Of a stretch of 64,000 nt of DNA, positions 8,827 through 19,068 are shown piece after piece. The stretch lies in the NCBI GenBank assembly GCA_963699755.1, contig CAVOVB010000010.1:32001-96000 (forward strand), in the 5' to 3' direction. This stretch comes from an uncultured delta proteobacterium. Its GTDB lineage: Bacteria > Myxococcota_A > Polyangia > Polyangiales > Houyiibacteriaceae. The notes below the pieces were generated by a model. That model worked only from the letters and a program-made list of their open reading frames with translations. It was not told the origin of the DNA and searched no databases. Both the position numbers and the translations under genes were made by a program. Each line of letters starts with the position of its first letter. The first letter of the stretch is position 1.

Positions 8827-11205
8827 TTACTTGAGCGAGACGACGGTGACTTGCGGACCGCCCTCGTCCTGCGTCCCCTCCCGAAATCCTTCGACGTACC
8901 CGGCGTCTCGCGTGAGATGGTCGTGGATGGCTGCTCGGAGCGCACCGCTGCCGACGCCGTGGACGATGAACGCGGTCGGCTCGGCCGCGCCGTACATCCG
9001 ATCGAGAAACGCCTCTGCCAAGGAGACTGCTTCGTCTGCGCGAAGGCCACGCACGTCGAGTGTGTTGTCCACGGTTCGGAGAACCCGCTGTTGCTTGGGC
9101 TGCGTTCCCGTAACGGGTCGCGGCTCCTTGGGCGCAGACCCAGTGACCTGCTGGAGTCCGCGGAGATCGCTCAGATCGACCCAGAGCTTCATCATGCCTG
9201 CCGCCACGCGGACCTTTCCGCGCGCCGGCCCTTCCACCACATCGGCGACGCTCCGAAGCCTTTCAACCCAGACGCGATCGCCTGTTCGGACTGCCGTTGG
9301 ATCCAACTGCGAGGTCTGCACCGGCTCCGGCTCGAGCGATACGCGATGGCGATCCACCTCGCCGAGAACCCCAGCCGCGTCGCTCAGGACTTGAGCGGCA
9401 GCTGAAACCGACTCGGATTCGGCGCGCTCGCGGAGCGCCTTCTTAGCCTGCTCGAGCCGTCGGTGAAGCTCCCTCAGCTCGTCGACCAGCTTCTGGGCTT
9501 CCCGGCCGAGCGTCTTCGCGTCGCGCGCCTTGAGCTCTTGGCGACGGATGTCGAGCTGCGCGCGCTCTTCCCTGACTTGCGCCCGCTCGTCTCTTAGCAC
9601 GGCTCGTTCCTCGAGCACGGCCTTGGTTGCGGTGTCGAGCTTGGCGACCAGCGTCTCGAAGCTCCGAGAGTGCTCCGGCAGCGCCGTGCGCGCCTCATCG
9701 ACCACCTCGGCAGGAATGCCGAAACGACTCGCGATCTCGAGTGCGTTCGACCCTCCAGGAACACCCATCCTCAATCGGAACGTGGGGGCCATCTCGTCGA
9801 AGTCGAAGCCCACCGATGCGTTGCGCATCTCGTCGCGCTCGGCCGCGAGCGCCTTCAGGGCTTCATAGTGGGTCGTGACCGCAACAGCGGTGCCACGTTC
9901 GACCAGCTTCTTTACAATCGCGCAGGCCAAGGCGGCGCCGGCTTCGGGGTCCGTTGCGCCTGCGAGCTCGTCGAGCAAGACCAGCACGCGTTCGCCGGCC
10001 TGCTCGAGCACGCTCTTGAGGGTGACGAGGTGCGCAGAGAAGGTCGAAAGGCTTCGCGCAAGACTCTGCTCGTCGCCCACCGCCGCCAGCACGGGCGCGA
10101 AGAACCCACAAACGCTACCCTCTGCAACGGGGACCGCGAGCCCTGCTCGGGTCATGAGCACTGCCAGGCCCAGCATCTTGAGCGCCACGGTCTTACCACC
10201 GGCATTGGGTCCGGAGATGACCAGGGCCTCGCCACCGCTGAGCTCGATGTCGTTAGGAACGACCTCGATGCCTCGGAGGAGCAGAAGCGGGTGACGCGCC
10301 TCTCGGAGGGAAATCCGGGGCTCCTCGCAGAGCTCGACGAATTCCGCCCGCAGGTCGATCGCCAGCTTGGCGCTCGCGCTGCGCAGGTCCGCGTGGTCGA
10401 GTGCTTCGGCAGCAGCACGGAGCTGAGGCACGTATTGGCGAACCAAATCGGAGAGCGCGGCGAGGATTCTCCGCTCCTCACGTTCGAGCTCGGCCTGAGC
10501 CATTTTGAGCCGGTTGCCACGTTCCACCAGCTCGCGAGGCTCCACGAAAACCGTCGCACCGCTCGCACTCGAGCCGTGCACGATACCGTGGAAGCGCTCA
10601 TGCGCGTCGGCGCGAATCGGCAGCACGTAGCGGCCCTCCCGAATCGTGAAGAACGAGTCCTGGAGGATCGCGCTTCGCTTAACGATTAGGTCCTCGAGCC
10701 GCCGAATGATGCGCGCGCGAAGGTTGCCCGCCTCTTCGCGAAGACGCGCGAGCTCGGCGCTTGCCGAGTCGAGGATTGTTCCGTCGTCGGCGATCGACAT
10801 CCCGACTTCTTCTTCTAGACCATCGAGAGTCGGATCGATCGCACAGACACGATACAGATGCGGAACGCTGTCTTTGCGTTGACCGAGGAACCGCCGAAGC
10901 GTAGCGGACGCGCGCAGCGTCAGGCGGATGTCTTTGAGCGCGCTCCCGTCGAGCACTCCTTCACGCTCTAGATGTTGCAGCGAAGCCGTGACCTCACAGA
11001 TGCCGTCGAGAGGCAGAGGCTCGTTCCGGATGAGTAGACTCCATGCTTCTTTCGCCTCGGTGAGTGCGCATTCCGTCTGCTCGAAGGAATCGGCAAGCGT
11101 CAACGACAGTCGTTTGCCGAGCGGACCCTTGCAACGCTCCGCGACCGCCTGCTCCACCTGGTCCCACTCGAGATCGGCTAGCGTCTTTTGCTCGGCCTCA
11201 CTCAC
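8827..11205 (-). CDS. mutS2: MutS2 family ATPase/endonuclease with KOW and Smr domains
   Basis: GPNAGGKT Walker A, SLSTFSAH, LLDELAGATDP and TTHY motifs; coiled coil; C-terminal LDVRG...VHGVGSGAL Smr domain. Confidence 0.95.
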   Translation of the reverse strand: MSEAEQKTLADLEWDQVEQAVAERCKGPLGKRLSLTLADSFEQTECALTEAKEAWSLLIRNEPLPLDGICEVTASLQHLEREGVLDGSALKDIRLTLRASATLRRFLGQRKDSVPHLYRVCAIDPTLDGLEEEVGMSIADDGTILDSASAELARLREEAGNLRARIIRRLEDLIVKRSAILQDSFFTIREGRYVLPIRADAHERFHGIVHGSSASGATVFVEPRELVERGNRLKMAQAELEREERRILAALSDLVRQYVPQLRAAAEALDHADLRSASAKLAIDLRAEFVELCEEPRISLREARHPLLLLRGIEVVPNDIELSGGEALVISGPNAGGKTVALKMLGLAVLMTRAGLAVPVAEGSVCGFFAPVLAAVGDEQSLARSLSTFSAHLVTLKSVLEQAGERVLVLLDELAGATDPEAGAALACAIVKKLVERGTAVAVTTHYEALKALAAERDEMRNASVGFDFDEMAPTFRLRMGVPGGSNALEIASRFGIPAEVVDEARTALPEHSRSFETLVAKLDTATKAVLEERAVLRDERAQVREERAQLDIRRQELKARDAKTLGREAQKLVDELRELHRRLEQAKKALRERAESESVSAAAQVLSDAAGVLGEVDRHRVSLEPEPVQTSQLDPTAVRTGDRVWVERLRSVADVVEGPARGKVRVAAGMMKLWVDLSDLRGLQQVTGSAPKEPRPVTGTQPKQQRVLRTVDNTLDVRGLRADEAVSLAEAFLDRMYGAAEPTAFIVHGVGSGALRAAIHDHLTRDAGYVEGFREGTQDEGGPQVTVVSLK

Positions 11206-12779
11206 TTAGCCCACTCGGGAACCTTGAGGTCCGAGGAACGGGCTGCTGCCGGACGATTTCGTTTCGGAGCCTGGAAGTTGCGAGGCTTGGTGCGGGGCTT
11301 CTTGGGGGTTTCGAGCTCTATCAAAACGGTTTCCTCTTCGCTCGGGGTAATCGCGGCGCGTCCCGTCCGTTTACCAAGCTTTGCGCGAAGCACCAGGGTC
11401 GCCCCTCGCTCGACCGCGAGCGTACAAGGCGTCGCTCCGCATGCCGCCGCACCGCCGTCGTACACGATGGCGGCGCCCGCTGGATCGCTCGCCACATGGA
11501 CGTTGACCAAGGTCGGCTCCGGCTCCGGCGCAAGCTCGGGGACCGGCGACGCCTGCTCGACGAGCTCCCGCGCTTCGGCGAGGGGACGCTGCTCGACCGG
11601 AACCGCACTCGCCCCCGCTTCGCCCCCGGGGCCCCTGAGGGATCCGGACACCAGCCAGGCGATTGCGCCCGCGGCACCCAGCGCGGCACTTACCCAAAGC
11701 AAGGGACGGGTCTTCCGCCGCGGCAACACGTCCCGGTCACCCAGCAAGGGCAGACCGAGAGCGGACGGCGGCGTTCGCCGCGTCGCCCGGCTCACACGGC
11801 CGTCGAGGGCGCATACGATAGCCTCGGCCAGCTCCTCGGTGTCGTGGTAGCGGTCGTCGGGGCTCTTGGCGAGCGCCTTGCGGATGACGAGCTCGAGCTC
11901 CTGGCTGACCCTGGCATCTGGGTTCACCTGGTCGATAGGTGGCGCTTCCGCCGTCAAGTGCTGGGTGAGGATCCCCATGAACGTATCGCCTTCGAACGGC
12001 ACGCGTCCCGCGAGACACTCGTAGAGGATGATACCCAACGCGTACACGTCGACCCGGTGGTCCAGGTCCCTTCCCCCCGCCTGCTCAGGCGACATGTATT
12101 CGGGCGTACCGAAAATCATTCCCGTCTTGGTAAGCTTGCGTCCGGGTGCGCCGTCGGTTTCGATGTCGCTCATCTTCGCAATGCCGAAGTCGACGATCTT
12201 CACGAAGTCATCGACGCCATCGCGTTTGGTCAAAAAGATGTTCTCGGGTTTGATGTCGCGATGGACGATGCCCGTGGCATGGGCCGCAGAGAGAGCGCGG
12301 CAGCACTGAAGCACGATGTCACAGGCTCGCTCCGCCGAGATCGTGTTCTTCTTGCCCAGGACGTTGCCCAGGTCCTCTCCTTCGAGGAACTCCATGACGA
12401 AGTAGCTTGCGCCCCGCGTAGTCTCGCCAAAGTCGAAGATGTCGACGATGTTCTCATGTCCGATTCGCGATGCGCTCCTGGCTTCCTGGCGGAAGCGCGC
12501 CACGACCTCGGGGCGCCGCGAGAGGTCATCACGCAGCACTTTGATGGCCACGCGCTTGTCGATATCGCGATGGAGGCCTTCGTAGACCAGGCCCATGCCG
12601 CCTTCGCCGATCCGGCTCTTCACCAGATAGCGGCCAGCCAGCACGTTGCCAATGAGCGGATCGTTCGGGTCGAGCGGGCTAGCGCTAATCTGCGAGGTCG
12701 TGACTAGACGCGTGGCATCGACCGGACAGAACACCTCTCCGCCGCCGTAGTCGACTCTGCAGGCGGGACATACCTTCAT
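11202..12779 (-). CDS. Membrane Ser/Thr protein kinase with N-terminal Cys motif and C-terminal PEGA-like domain
   Basis: IGEGGMG, VAIK, HRDIKPEN, DFG and GTPEYMSPEQ motifs; N-terminal CPAC...FCPVD; one TM helix; VHVASDPAGA. Confidence 0.95.
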   Translation of the reverse strand: MKVCPACRVDYGGGEVFCPVDATRLVTTSQISASPLDPNDPLIGNVLAGRYLVKSRIGEGGMGLVYEGLHRDIDKRVAIKVLRDDLSRRPEVVARFRQEARSASRIGHENIVDIFDFGETTRGASYFVMEFLEGEDLGNVLGKKNTISAERACDIVLQCCRALSAAHATGIVHRDIKPENIFLTKRDGVDDFVKIVDFGIAKMSDIETDGAPGRKLTKTGMIFGTPEYMSPEQAGGRDLDHRVDVYALGIILYECLAGRVPFEGDTFMGILTQHLTAEAPPIDQVNPDARVSQELELVIRKALAKSPDDRYHDTEELAEAIVCALDGRVSRATRRTPPSALGLPLLGDRDVLPRRKTRPLLWVSAALGAAGAIAWLVSGSLRGPGGEAGASAVPVEQRPLAEARELVEQASPVPELAPEPEPTLVNVHVASDPAGAAIVYDGGAAACGATPCTLAVERGATLVLRAKLGKRTGRAAITPSEEETVLIELETPKKPRTKPRNFQAPKRNRPAAARSSDLKVPEWAK

Positions 12780-12904
12780 ATCGGTGAATTCCCTCTTGAC
12801 TCCCCCCAAATCACGGTAGCATCGCGATTCAGCAAGGGTCAACGAAGGGAGCGGAATAGCCGCCCCGCGTTGCCAAACCGATCCAGCTTTGATAGGCGCA
12901 GGCC

Positions 12905-14578
12905 GTGGGTCCGACGGTACGATTGCTCGACGATACCCTGATCGACCAAATCGCTGCGGGCGAGGTCATCGAGCGGCCCGCCAACCTCGTCAAAGAGTTG
13001 CTGGAGAACGCGATCGACGCCCAGGCTAGGTCGATTACCGTGTCAGTGGAAGACGGAGGACGCGGCCAGGTTCGGGTGACCGACGACGGGATGGGCATGT
13101 CGGCTGAGGACGCGGCCCTGAGCATTCAACGACATGCGACGAGTAAGATCGCCTCTTTCGACGACCTGGTTTGTGTCTCCACGCTGGGTTTTCGAGGAGA
13201 GGCCCTTCCCGCCATCGGCTCGGTGTCGAGGATGACGATCAGGAGTCGGCCCAAAGATGCGCTCGAAGGAACCCGCATCCTGGTCGAAGGCGGGGAGCTG
13301 CGGGACGTCTCGCCGGTCGGATGCCCCCCCGGAACGACCGTCGAAGTGAGCGACCTCTTCTACAACGTGCCGGCGCGAAAGAAGTTTCTTCGCGCTCGTC
13401 AGACTGAAACCTCGCGCATTTTCGAGGTTTGTCAGCGGGTCGCCCTGAGCCATCCGGAGCTGCGCCTCATCGTGACTTCCGAGGGGCGGACGGCGCGGCA
13501 GTATCTCCCAACGAGCAGCCTTGCCGAGCGGGCGTCCCAGGTTTTCGGCGATCTCGCGCTAGAGCCAATCCACACGGAACGAGACGGTCTGATCCTCGAC
13601 GCGGTGTTCGCCCCGATCGAGCTGGCCCGCGCCGGAGCCCGGCACCTTTTTCTCTTCGTCAATGCGCGTCCCATCAGCGATCGCAGGCTCGCCCGTGCGA
13701 TCGCGTTCGCGTACGGGGATCGACTGCCCCCCGGGCACTATCCGCGGGGGCTGGTGTCGCTTCGGCTCGCCCCCGAAGACGTCGATGTCAACGCGCACCC
13801 GCAGAAGACGGAAGTACGCTTCAAGCGGGCTGCTCAACTCGTCGACCTGGTGACCCGAATGATCGCAGCGCGACTCCCGGCGTCGCCTCCGGGCGACGCC
13901 TATTGGGAGGCTCGCATCGGAGCGTCGGGACCGCTAAGGAACGAGCGCAAAACCGAGAACGGCGAAAGCGGATTGCGGGCGACGCCAGCGGTGGCGCAGC
14001 CGGCTGACCCCTATCAAGCGCGGCGCGCGAACGGGCTTCGGCTCGTTGCTCGCATTCGTGATCGCGTCTTGGTATGCGAGTCGGCGGATCAGATTCTTCT
14101 TCTCGATCGCGAACGCGCCGAAGCCCTGGTTCGCTACGACGCGCTTCGCGAAGCCGCAGAGGCTGGCGCCCTGGCGCATCACAATCTTCTCTTTCCGGAT
14201 CGACTCGAGCTCGCGCCATCCAAGGAGGCCGCGGTCAAACGCCACGAGACCGTCCTTCGCTCCCTGGGCTTCGACTGGTCCGAGCTCGGAGAGGGTTCGT
14301 ACGTGGTGCGAGCCGTCCCCGCTTTGCTGGCCCATGCTCGGGCCGCGGTGCTCTTCGAGGATGCCCTCGCAACCCTTCACAAAGGCGGCGAGGACTCGCG
14401 GGCCGCCGCGCTCCGCGCATTGGCCGCCCGTGCGGCGACCCCCAATGGTGAGCCCATGGACGAGGATACGACGGCGCTCATCGTCGCGAAGGTCTGGCCG
14501 GACCGAGAGAGCCATCGCTCCTGCATTCTCGGCCGAGTGCCGCTGCCGCGTGCTGGCGCGGAGAGCAGCGTTGTCTGA
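12905..14578 (+). CDS. mutL: DNA mismatch repair protein MutL (C-terminal nuclease motifs degenerate)
   Basis: IAAGEVIERP, KELLENAIDA, RHATSKI, LGFRGEALP and VDVNAHPQK motifs; directly upstream of miaA. Confidence 0.93.
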   Translation: MGPTVRLLDDTLIDQIAAGEVIERPANLVKELLENAIDAQARSITVSVEDGGRGQVRVTDDGMGMSAEDAALSIQRHATSKIASFDDLVCVSTLGFRGEALPAIGSVSRMTIRSRPKDALEGTRILVEGGELRDVSPVGCPPGTTVEVSDLFYNVPARKKFLRARQTETSRIFEVCQRVALSHPELRLIVTSEGRTARQYLPTSSLAERASQVFGDLALEPIHTERDGLILDAVFAPIELARAGARHLFLFVNARPISDRRLARAIAFAYGDRLPPGHYPRGLVSLRLAPEDVDVNAHPQKTEVRFKRAAQLVDLVTRMIAARLPASPPGDAYWEARIGASGPLRNERKTENGESGLRATPAVAQPADPYQARRANGLRLVARIRDRVLVCESADQILLLDRERAEALVRYDALREAAEAGALAHHNLLFPDRLELAPSKEAAVKRHETVLRSLGFDWSELGEGSYVVRAVPALLAHARAAVLFEDALATLHKGGEDSRAAALRALAARAATPNGEPMDEDTTALIVAKVWPDRESHRSCILGRVPLPRAGAESSVV

Positions 14579-15503
14579 ACGCCTTCAGCCGATTCTCGTG
14601 ATCGCCGGCCCGACGGCCACGGGCAAGACCGGCGCGGCCATCGAGCTAGCTCTTCGACTGGGCGGCGAGCTGGTAGGCGCCGATAGCGTCCAGGTGTACC
14701 GCGGCTTCGACATCGGATCTGCAAAGCCGACCGCCCTGGAGCTCCGAGGCGTGGCCCACCACCTCATCGACGTGTTCGACCCAAATCAAGAAGTGGACGC
14801 CGTGGCGTACGCCGAGCTCGCGGACGCCTCCATTCGAGACATCGCGGGCCGCAGGAGGCTGCCGATCGTCGTCGGTGGAACTGGACTTTGGATTCGTGCG
14901 CTCCTCCGCGGGCTCGTCGAGGTCCCTGCGGTCGACCAGGAAATCCGCAGTCGCCTGGAAGCTGCGGCAAAGAAGCACGGCGCCCCAGCGCTTCACGCAC
15001 GACTCGCCGGAGTGGATCCGATTTCCGCCGGGGCAATCCATCCGCACGACAGCATGCGCATCGTCCGTGCTCTCGAAGTGCACGAGCAGACTGGAACGCC
15101 GCTCGGCACGCTCCGCGCCGCGCACGCGCTCGGCAAGCCTAGGTACCGGGCGCTCTTCATCTCGCTCGACCTGGACCGGGAGCGACATGGCGCCGTAATC
15201 GAAGACCGCGCTAGGCAGATGCTCGAAGCCGGCTGGATCGACGAGGTGCGGTCTCTGCGCGAGCGATGGGGCGACGAGATTCGTGCCTTCGGTAGCGTCG
15301 GGTACCGCGAGGTCTTGGATCACCTTCGTAGCAGGGTCCCGCTGGAGGAAACCCGGCGCAGGATAGGAAAATCAACCCGGGTCTATGCGCGCCGGCAGCG
15401 AACCTGGTTCAGAAGCGAACCCGGTGTAAGCTGGCGCTGCGAAAGCGCCGAGCTCCGCCAGCAGAGTTGCATCGACCGCATCGCAGAGGAGCTGGGGCTT
15501 TGA
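14571..15503 (+). CDS. miaA: tRNA dimethylallyltransferase
   Basis: GPTATGKT, ADSVQVYRGFDIGSAKP, VGGTGLW and YARRQRTWF motifs; TTG start overlaps the mutL end. Confidence 0.96.
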   Translation: MSERLQPILVIAGPTATGKTGAAIELALRLGGELVGADSVQVYRGFDIGSAKPTALELRGVAHHLIDVFDPNQEVDAVAYAELADASIRDIAGRRRLPIVVGGTGLWIRALLRGLVEVPAVDQEIRSRLEAAAKKHGAPALHARLAGVDPISAGAIHPHDSMRIVRALEVHEQTGTPLGTLRAAHALGKPRYRALFISLDLDRERHGAVIEDRARQMLEAGWIDEVRSLRERWGDEIRAFGSVGYREVLDHLRSRVPLEETRRRIGKSTRVYARRQRTWFRSEPGVSWRCESAELRQQSCIDRIAEELGL

Positions 15504-16138
15504 ACTTTTTCGGACATGCTGTCGTTGCGAGCTGGAGCGACCGCCGTGCAGGACACCTGCTCGGCAGTATGTTGCCCGACTTCGAAGCGATGGTCGGTGT
15601 CCCTCTGCTCGAGGTGCGTGATCCAGACATGCAGCGTGGAATCGCCCTGCATCATCGAACCGATGGCGCGTTTCATCGAACCCCTTCTTTTCTCGCTTCA
15701 TCCTCCGATGCGCTCCATGCGCTGAGCGAGGCCGGCGTACGACGCGGAACGGCCCGCGCCGTCGCTCACATCGGAACCGAGATGTTTCTGGACGGCTGGC
15801 TAGTGCGCGAACGGAGCCACATCGACGACTACCTGTCGGCGCTCGAGCTCGACACGAACGCACTGCTCGACTGGAGGGACCAGGGGCACGCGTTCTCGAA
15901 GCTCCAGGCTCGCCTCGGCGTCTGGGGAGCGCCGCGGGAATACGCCGAGCCCGCTTTCGTCTTTGCCAGGCTCAGCGACGCTCTTCGGCATCGCCCGGCC
16001 TTGGCGCTGCAGGAGGAACACGCCGTCCGGATCGCGCGCTACCTTCCCTGCTTGCAACGCCTGGTCGAGCGGCGCGCCCCAGAACTGCTCAAAGAGCTAA
16101 GGGACGCGTTAGGCTTGGGAGACCGAGATGCTCGATAA
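15500..16138 (+). CDS. ACP phosphodiesterase (AcpH)-like / HD-type protein
   Basis: TTG start overlaps the miaA stop; MNFFGH...G-MLPDF...GIALHHRTD-AFH resembles the AcpH N-terminal metal-binding pattern. Confidence 0.6.
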   Translation: MNFFGHAVVASWSDRRAGHLLGSMLPDFEAMVGVPLLEVRDPDMQRGIALHHRTDGAFHRTPSFLASSSDALHALSEAGVRRGTARAVAHIGTEMFLDGWLVRERSHIDDYLSALELDTNALLDWRDQGHAFSKLQARLGVWGAPREYAEPAFVFARLSDALRHRPALALQEEHAVRIARYLPCLQRLVERRAPELLKELRDALGLGDRDAR

Positions 16139-17102
16139 GGGGGGGCCACGCAGCGCAAGCGGCCAGAAGCGCAAGCGCTACCTCAGGTGGGGTCGAATCG
16201 CGGTGACAGTGGGAGCGGTGGGTTACCTGGCGAGCCTGGTCGACCCGCGCGATGTTCTCAACGCGTTTCAGCGCCTCTCGCTCGGGGCCGCGCTGACCGC
16301 GATCGCCGTCGTCCTGCTGGGACTCTGCTGCGGAATGGCTCGGTGGCGACTCCTGTTGCGAGCGTACGGCGCGATCGACGTTCCCCCCTGGCCTCGCATC
16401 GCCCACCTGTACTTCGTCGGCCACTTCTACAACACCTACGCGCCAGGCGGCGTGGGCGGCGACGTGATCCGAGGCGTGGCGGGTCGGAAGGCGTTTGGTG
16501 ACCTCGACCTGGCGAGCGCCACGAGCGGCGTCGCGGTCGTCTTCATCGAGCGAGTGATTGGAGTTTCTGCGCTCCTCGTGTTGGCGACGGGCGCCTACCT
16601 GATTCGACCGATTCCTGGAGTGGAGAATCTGGGCGTCTGGGCGGCGCTCGGCCTCGGGGCAGCCGCCGCCGCGTTGATCGGCATCGCCGTCGCGCCTCGG
16701 CTCGCTCCCCTCCTGCCCGAGAGACTCGGCAAACCCATACGCGCACTCCCTCGCCTTTTCTCGATCGGACCCTTCCTCGCCGCCATCGCTCTCTCGTTGG
16801 TCATCCACTTCATCAACATCGTCGCCGGCCACGCGATCATGCATTCCCTCGATCCGTCGGTGACCTTCGCCCAGTCAGCGGTCGCGATGCCTCTGATCGG
16901 CGCGTCCGCGTTTTTCCCTTTCACCGTCGGAGGCGCGGGCGTTCGGGAGGCGGCGTTCATCGCTCTGTACGGGGCCGTCGGCGTCCCCACGTCGAGCGCC
17001 ATCGCCGGGTCGCTGAGCTTCTGGGCCGTACAGTTGCTCACCGCAGCGATTGGCGGCGTGATCAATCTTCTGGTTCCGCTATCGGGACGAGATCGTGACT
17101 GA
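16128..17102 (+). CDS. Lysylphosphatidylglycerol synthase TM-domain (UPF0104, flippase-like) protein
   Basis: RWRLLL, FYN-Y-PGGVGGDVIR, ER, and P-TVGGAGVRE motifs; about 8 TM segments. Confidence 0.85.
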   Translation: MLDKGGPRSASGQKRKRYLRWGRIAVTVGAVGYLASLVDPRDVLNAFQRLSLGAALTAIAVVLLGLCCGMARWRLLLRAYGAIDVPPWPRIAHLYFVGHFYNTYAPGGVGGDVIRGVAGRKAFGDLDLASATSGVAVVFIERVIGVSALLVLATGAYLIRPIPGVENLGVWAALGLGAAAAALIGIAVAPRLAPLLPERLGKPIRALPRLFSIGPFLAAIALSLVIHFINIVAGHAIMHSLDPSVTFAQSAVAMPLIGASAFFPFTVGGAGVREAAFIALYGAVGVPTSSAIAGSLSFWAVQLLTAAIGGVINLLVPLSGRDRD

Positions 17103-19065
17103 GCGACTCCTCGGCCTGCCGGTGCAATCGCGGCTCATGACGGCCACATCGGCTGCAGCCCTTTTCGTCTTCTACGTCATCACGATGTGCAGGAGCTTGT
17201 CGATGTACGACAGTCCGGAGCTCGCCATGGTCGCCGAGCAGCTCGGGCTCGGCCATCCATTCGGACAGCCGCTGCACACCATCTTGGGCGCGCTCGCCAG
17301 TCGACTGCCCGGCATCGATCCACTCGTCGCCTTGAATGGGCTCTCCGCCCTCTTCGGATCCCTTGCGGTCATCCCCGCCAGCAGCTTTGCCGAGGCGCTC
17401 CTTCGGCCCGGCTCCGACTGCCCGAAAGGCGACGTCCGCTTCGTCGCGCCCACCGTCGCGCTTCTCGGAACACACCCAGCACTCTGGGAGCCGTCGACGC
17501 GCATCGAGGTCTACCCTCTCGCGGTCTTTTTTGCGCTCTGGGCTGGCGCACGATTCGCAGGCGCCGTCCTCGACGAAGACCAGCACCCACGTCCGTACTT
17601 CGCCACCGGTCTCGCGCTGGGGCTCGCGGCAAGCGCGAACGTCGTCTGCGCCCTGGGCGTCGCCTTGGCCATGACGCCCCGGCTGCTGATCGGAATCGTG
17701 CGTGAAGAGATTCCGCGGCGCGCCCTCGTCATGATGACCACCGGTGGGCTGCTGGGACTCTCCGCGTACGCATATGTGTTTCTGGTCGCCCGCAGGACCG
17801 ATGTGGTCGTCTGGGGTGCTCCGACCGACTTCAACTCAGTCCGCCACTACTTCACGGCGGCCGACTTCGCGTCCAAGGGCGTCGAGTCCTGGGCCGAATG
17901 GTGGACACACGTCATCGAGCTCGTCGTCTGGTCGCTCGGAAACGGTCTGCTCGCGCTCCTCGTCGCCGGTTTCGTGGGGTACGCGCTCTATGCGCGCAAG
18001 CGTGGGCTCGGCCGATTCTTCTACAACGCGACCTGGATCTTCTTCGTGGCGTTCATCGCGCGCAATGGCGTGTTTGCGCCCGACGTCCTCGACTACAGTG
18101 GTTACCTCGCCATCCCCTCTTGGCTCGCTGCCTCTGGCATGGGGCTCGTGCTTGCGTATCTAGGAGAGCACCGTGCGCCCTGGGCCCCGGTCGCGCTCGC
18201 CGCGCTCTTGCTCTTCGTGATGGTCGCACCCCCGGCTCCGTACCAACGCAGCCGACACCGTGACACGTTCACCTCGGACATCGCGCGCGAAGCGCTCCTT
18301 GCTGCACCGCAAAACGCACTGCTCATCGTCGAGCGTGACCATTGGGTGGGTCCCATTTGGTACCTCCAAGAACAGCGCGGCATGCGTCCCGATGTGACGA
18401 TGCTCGCTTATGGCCTGGCATCATCGAGCTGGTATTGGGACCATCTCTACCGACGCCATCCAGACCTGGAGCAATTCGAGCGACGAGGTCCGGGTGGACG
18501 GGAAGCGCGGGTGCGTCGCTTCTTGAGGGCAAACCCGGACCGTCCGGTTCAAGTGTCGCGGAGCGTCTTGGCGGACCGGCTGGGCCTGCACAGCTGCCCG
18601 AGCGAATGGATGCTCGACATCCGCCGGCGCTGCGGGGACACCGCACACGAGCCCGAGCTCGCGCGCTACGCCAGCGTTGCGCTTGCCGAGCTTCGAGAGG
18701 GCTCTCCTGGCACCGACGGTCTGATCGCCCTGATCACCCTCGACCGCGGCCACGACCTTTACTCGCAGGGCTTCCCGCGCGCTGCGATCTCGACGCTCCT
18801 GGCTGGCGTTCCTCGGCTCGACGGAATCGACGAAGATAGCTTCACGACCGTGCCTGCTCGAATCCCGTCCATGGTCCGGCTCGCCCCCCTGTACGACCCG
18901 TCGGTAGCCCTCGGGCATCCCGCACGGAACCTGCACTACGCCTCCGAGATCGCCAAAGCCACGGGAGCACAGGCGCTCGCGCGCTACCTTGCCGAGCTAT
19001 CCGACGCCATGGGTCCGGTTACGCCGAAGTTTGCTACCTCGCCGGCCTCTCCTGCTAACCTCTGA
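17095..19065 (+). CDS. DUF2723 / TMEM260-like GT-C membrane glycosyltransferase
   Basis: YDSPEL...LGLGHPFGQPLH and EVY motifs; about 10 TM segments followed by a periplasmic domain (WYLQ...RPDV). Confidence 0.75.
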   Translation: MTERLLGLPVQSRLMTATSAAALFVFYVITMCRSLSMYDSPELAMVAEQLGLGHPFGQPLHTILGALASRLPGIDPLVALNGLSALFGSLAVIPASSFAEALLRPGSDCPKGDVRFVAPTVALLGTHPALWEPSTRIEVYPLAVFFALWAGARFAGAVLDEDQHPRPYFATGLALGLAASANVVCALGVALAMTPRLLIGIVREEIPRRALVMMTTGGLLGLSAYAYVFLVARRTDVVVWGAPTDFNSVRHYFTAADFASKGVESWAEWWTHVIELVVWSLGNGLLALLVAGFVGYALYARKRGLGRFFYNATWIFFVAFIARNGVFAPDVLDYSGYLAIPSWLAASGMGLVLAYLGEHRAPWAPVALAALLLFVMVAPPAPYQRSRHRDTFTSDIAREALLAAPQNALLIVERDHWVGPIWYLQEQRGMRPDVTMLAYGLASSSWYWDHLYRRHPDLEQFERRGPGGREARVRRFLRANPDRPVQVSRSVLADRLGLHSCPSEWMLDIRRRCGDTAHEPELARYASVALAELREGSPGTDGLIALITLDRGHDLYSQGFPRAAISTLLAGVPRLDGIDEDSFTTVPARIPSMVRLAPLYDPSVALGHPARNLHYASEIAKATGAQALARYLAELSDAMGPVTPKFATSPASPANL

Positions 19066-19068
19066 GCG

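Noticed and set aside
11064..12707. 547-aa plus-strand ORF
   Set aside because: Antisense to the Ser/Thr kinase and the start of mutS2; no recognisable domain.
14046..14570. Apparent 175-aa N-terminal extension of MiaA
   Set aside because: Overlaps mutL in another frame; MiaA homology begins at TTG 14571.
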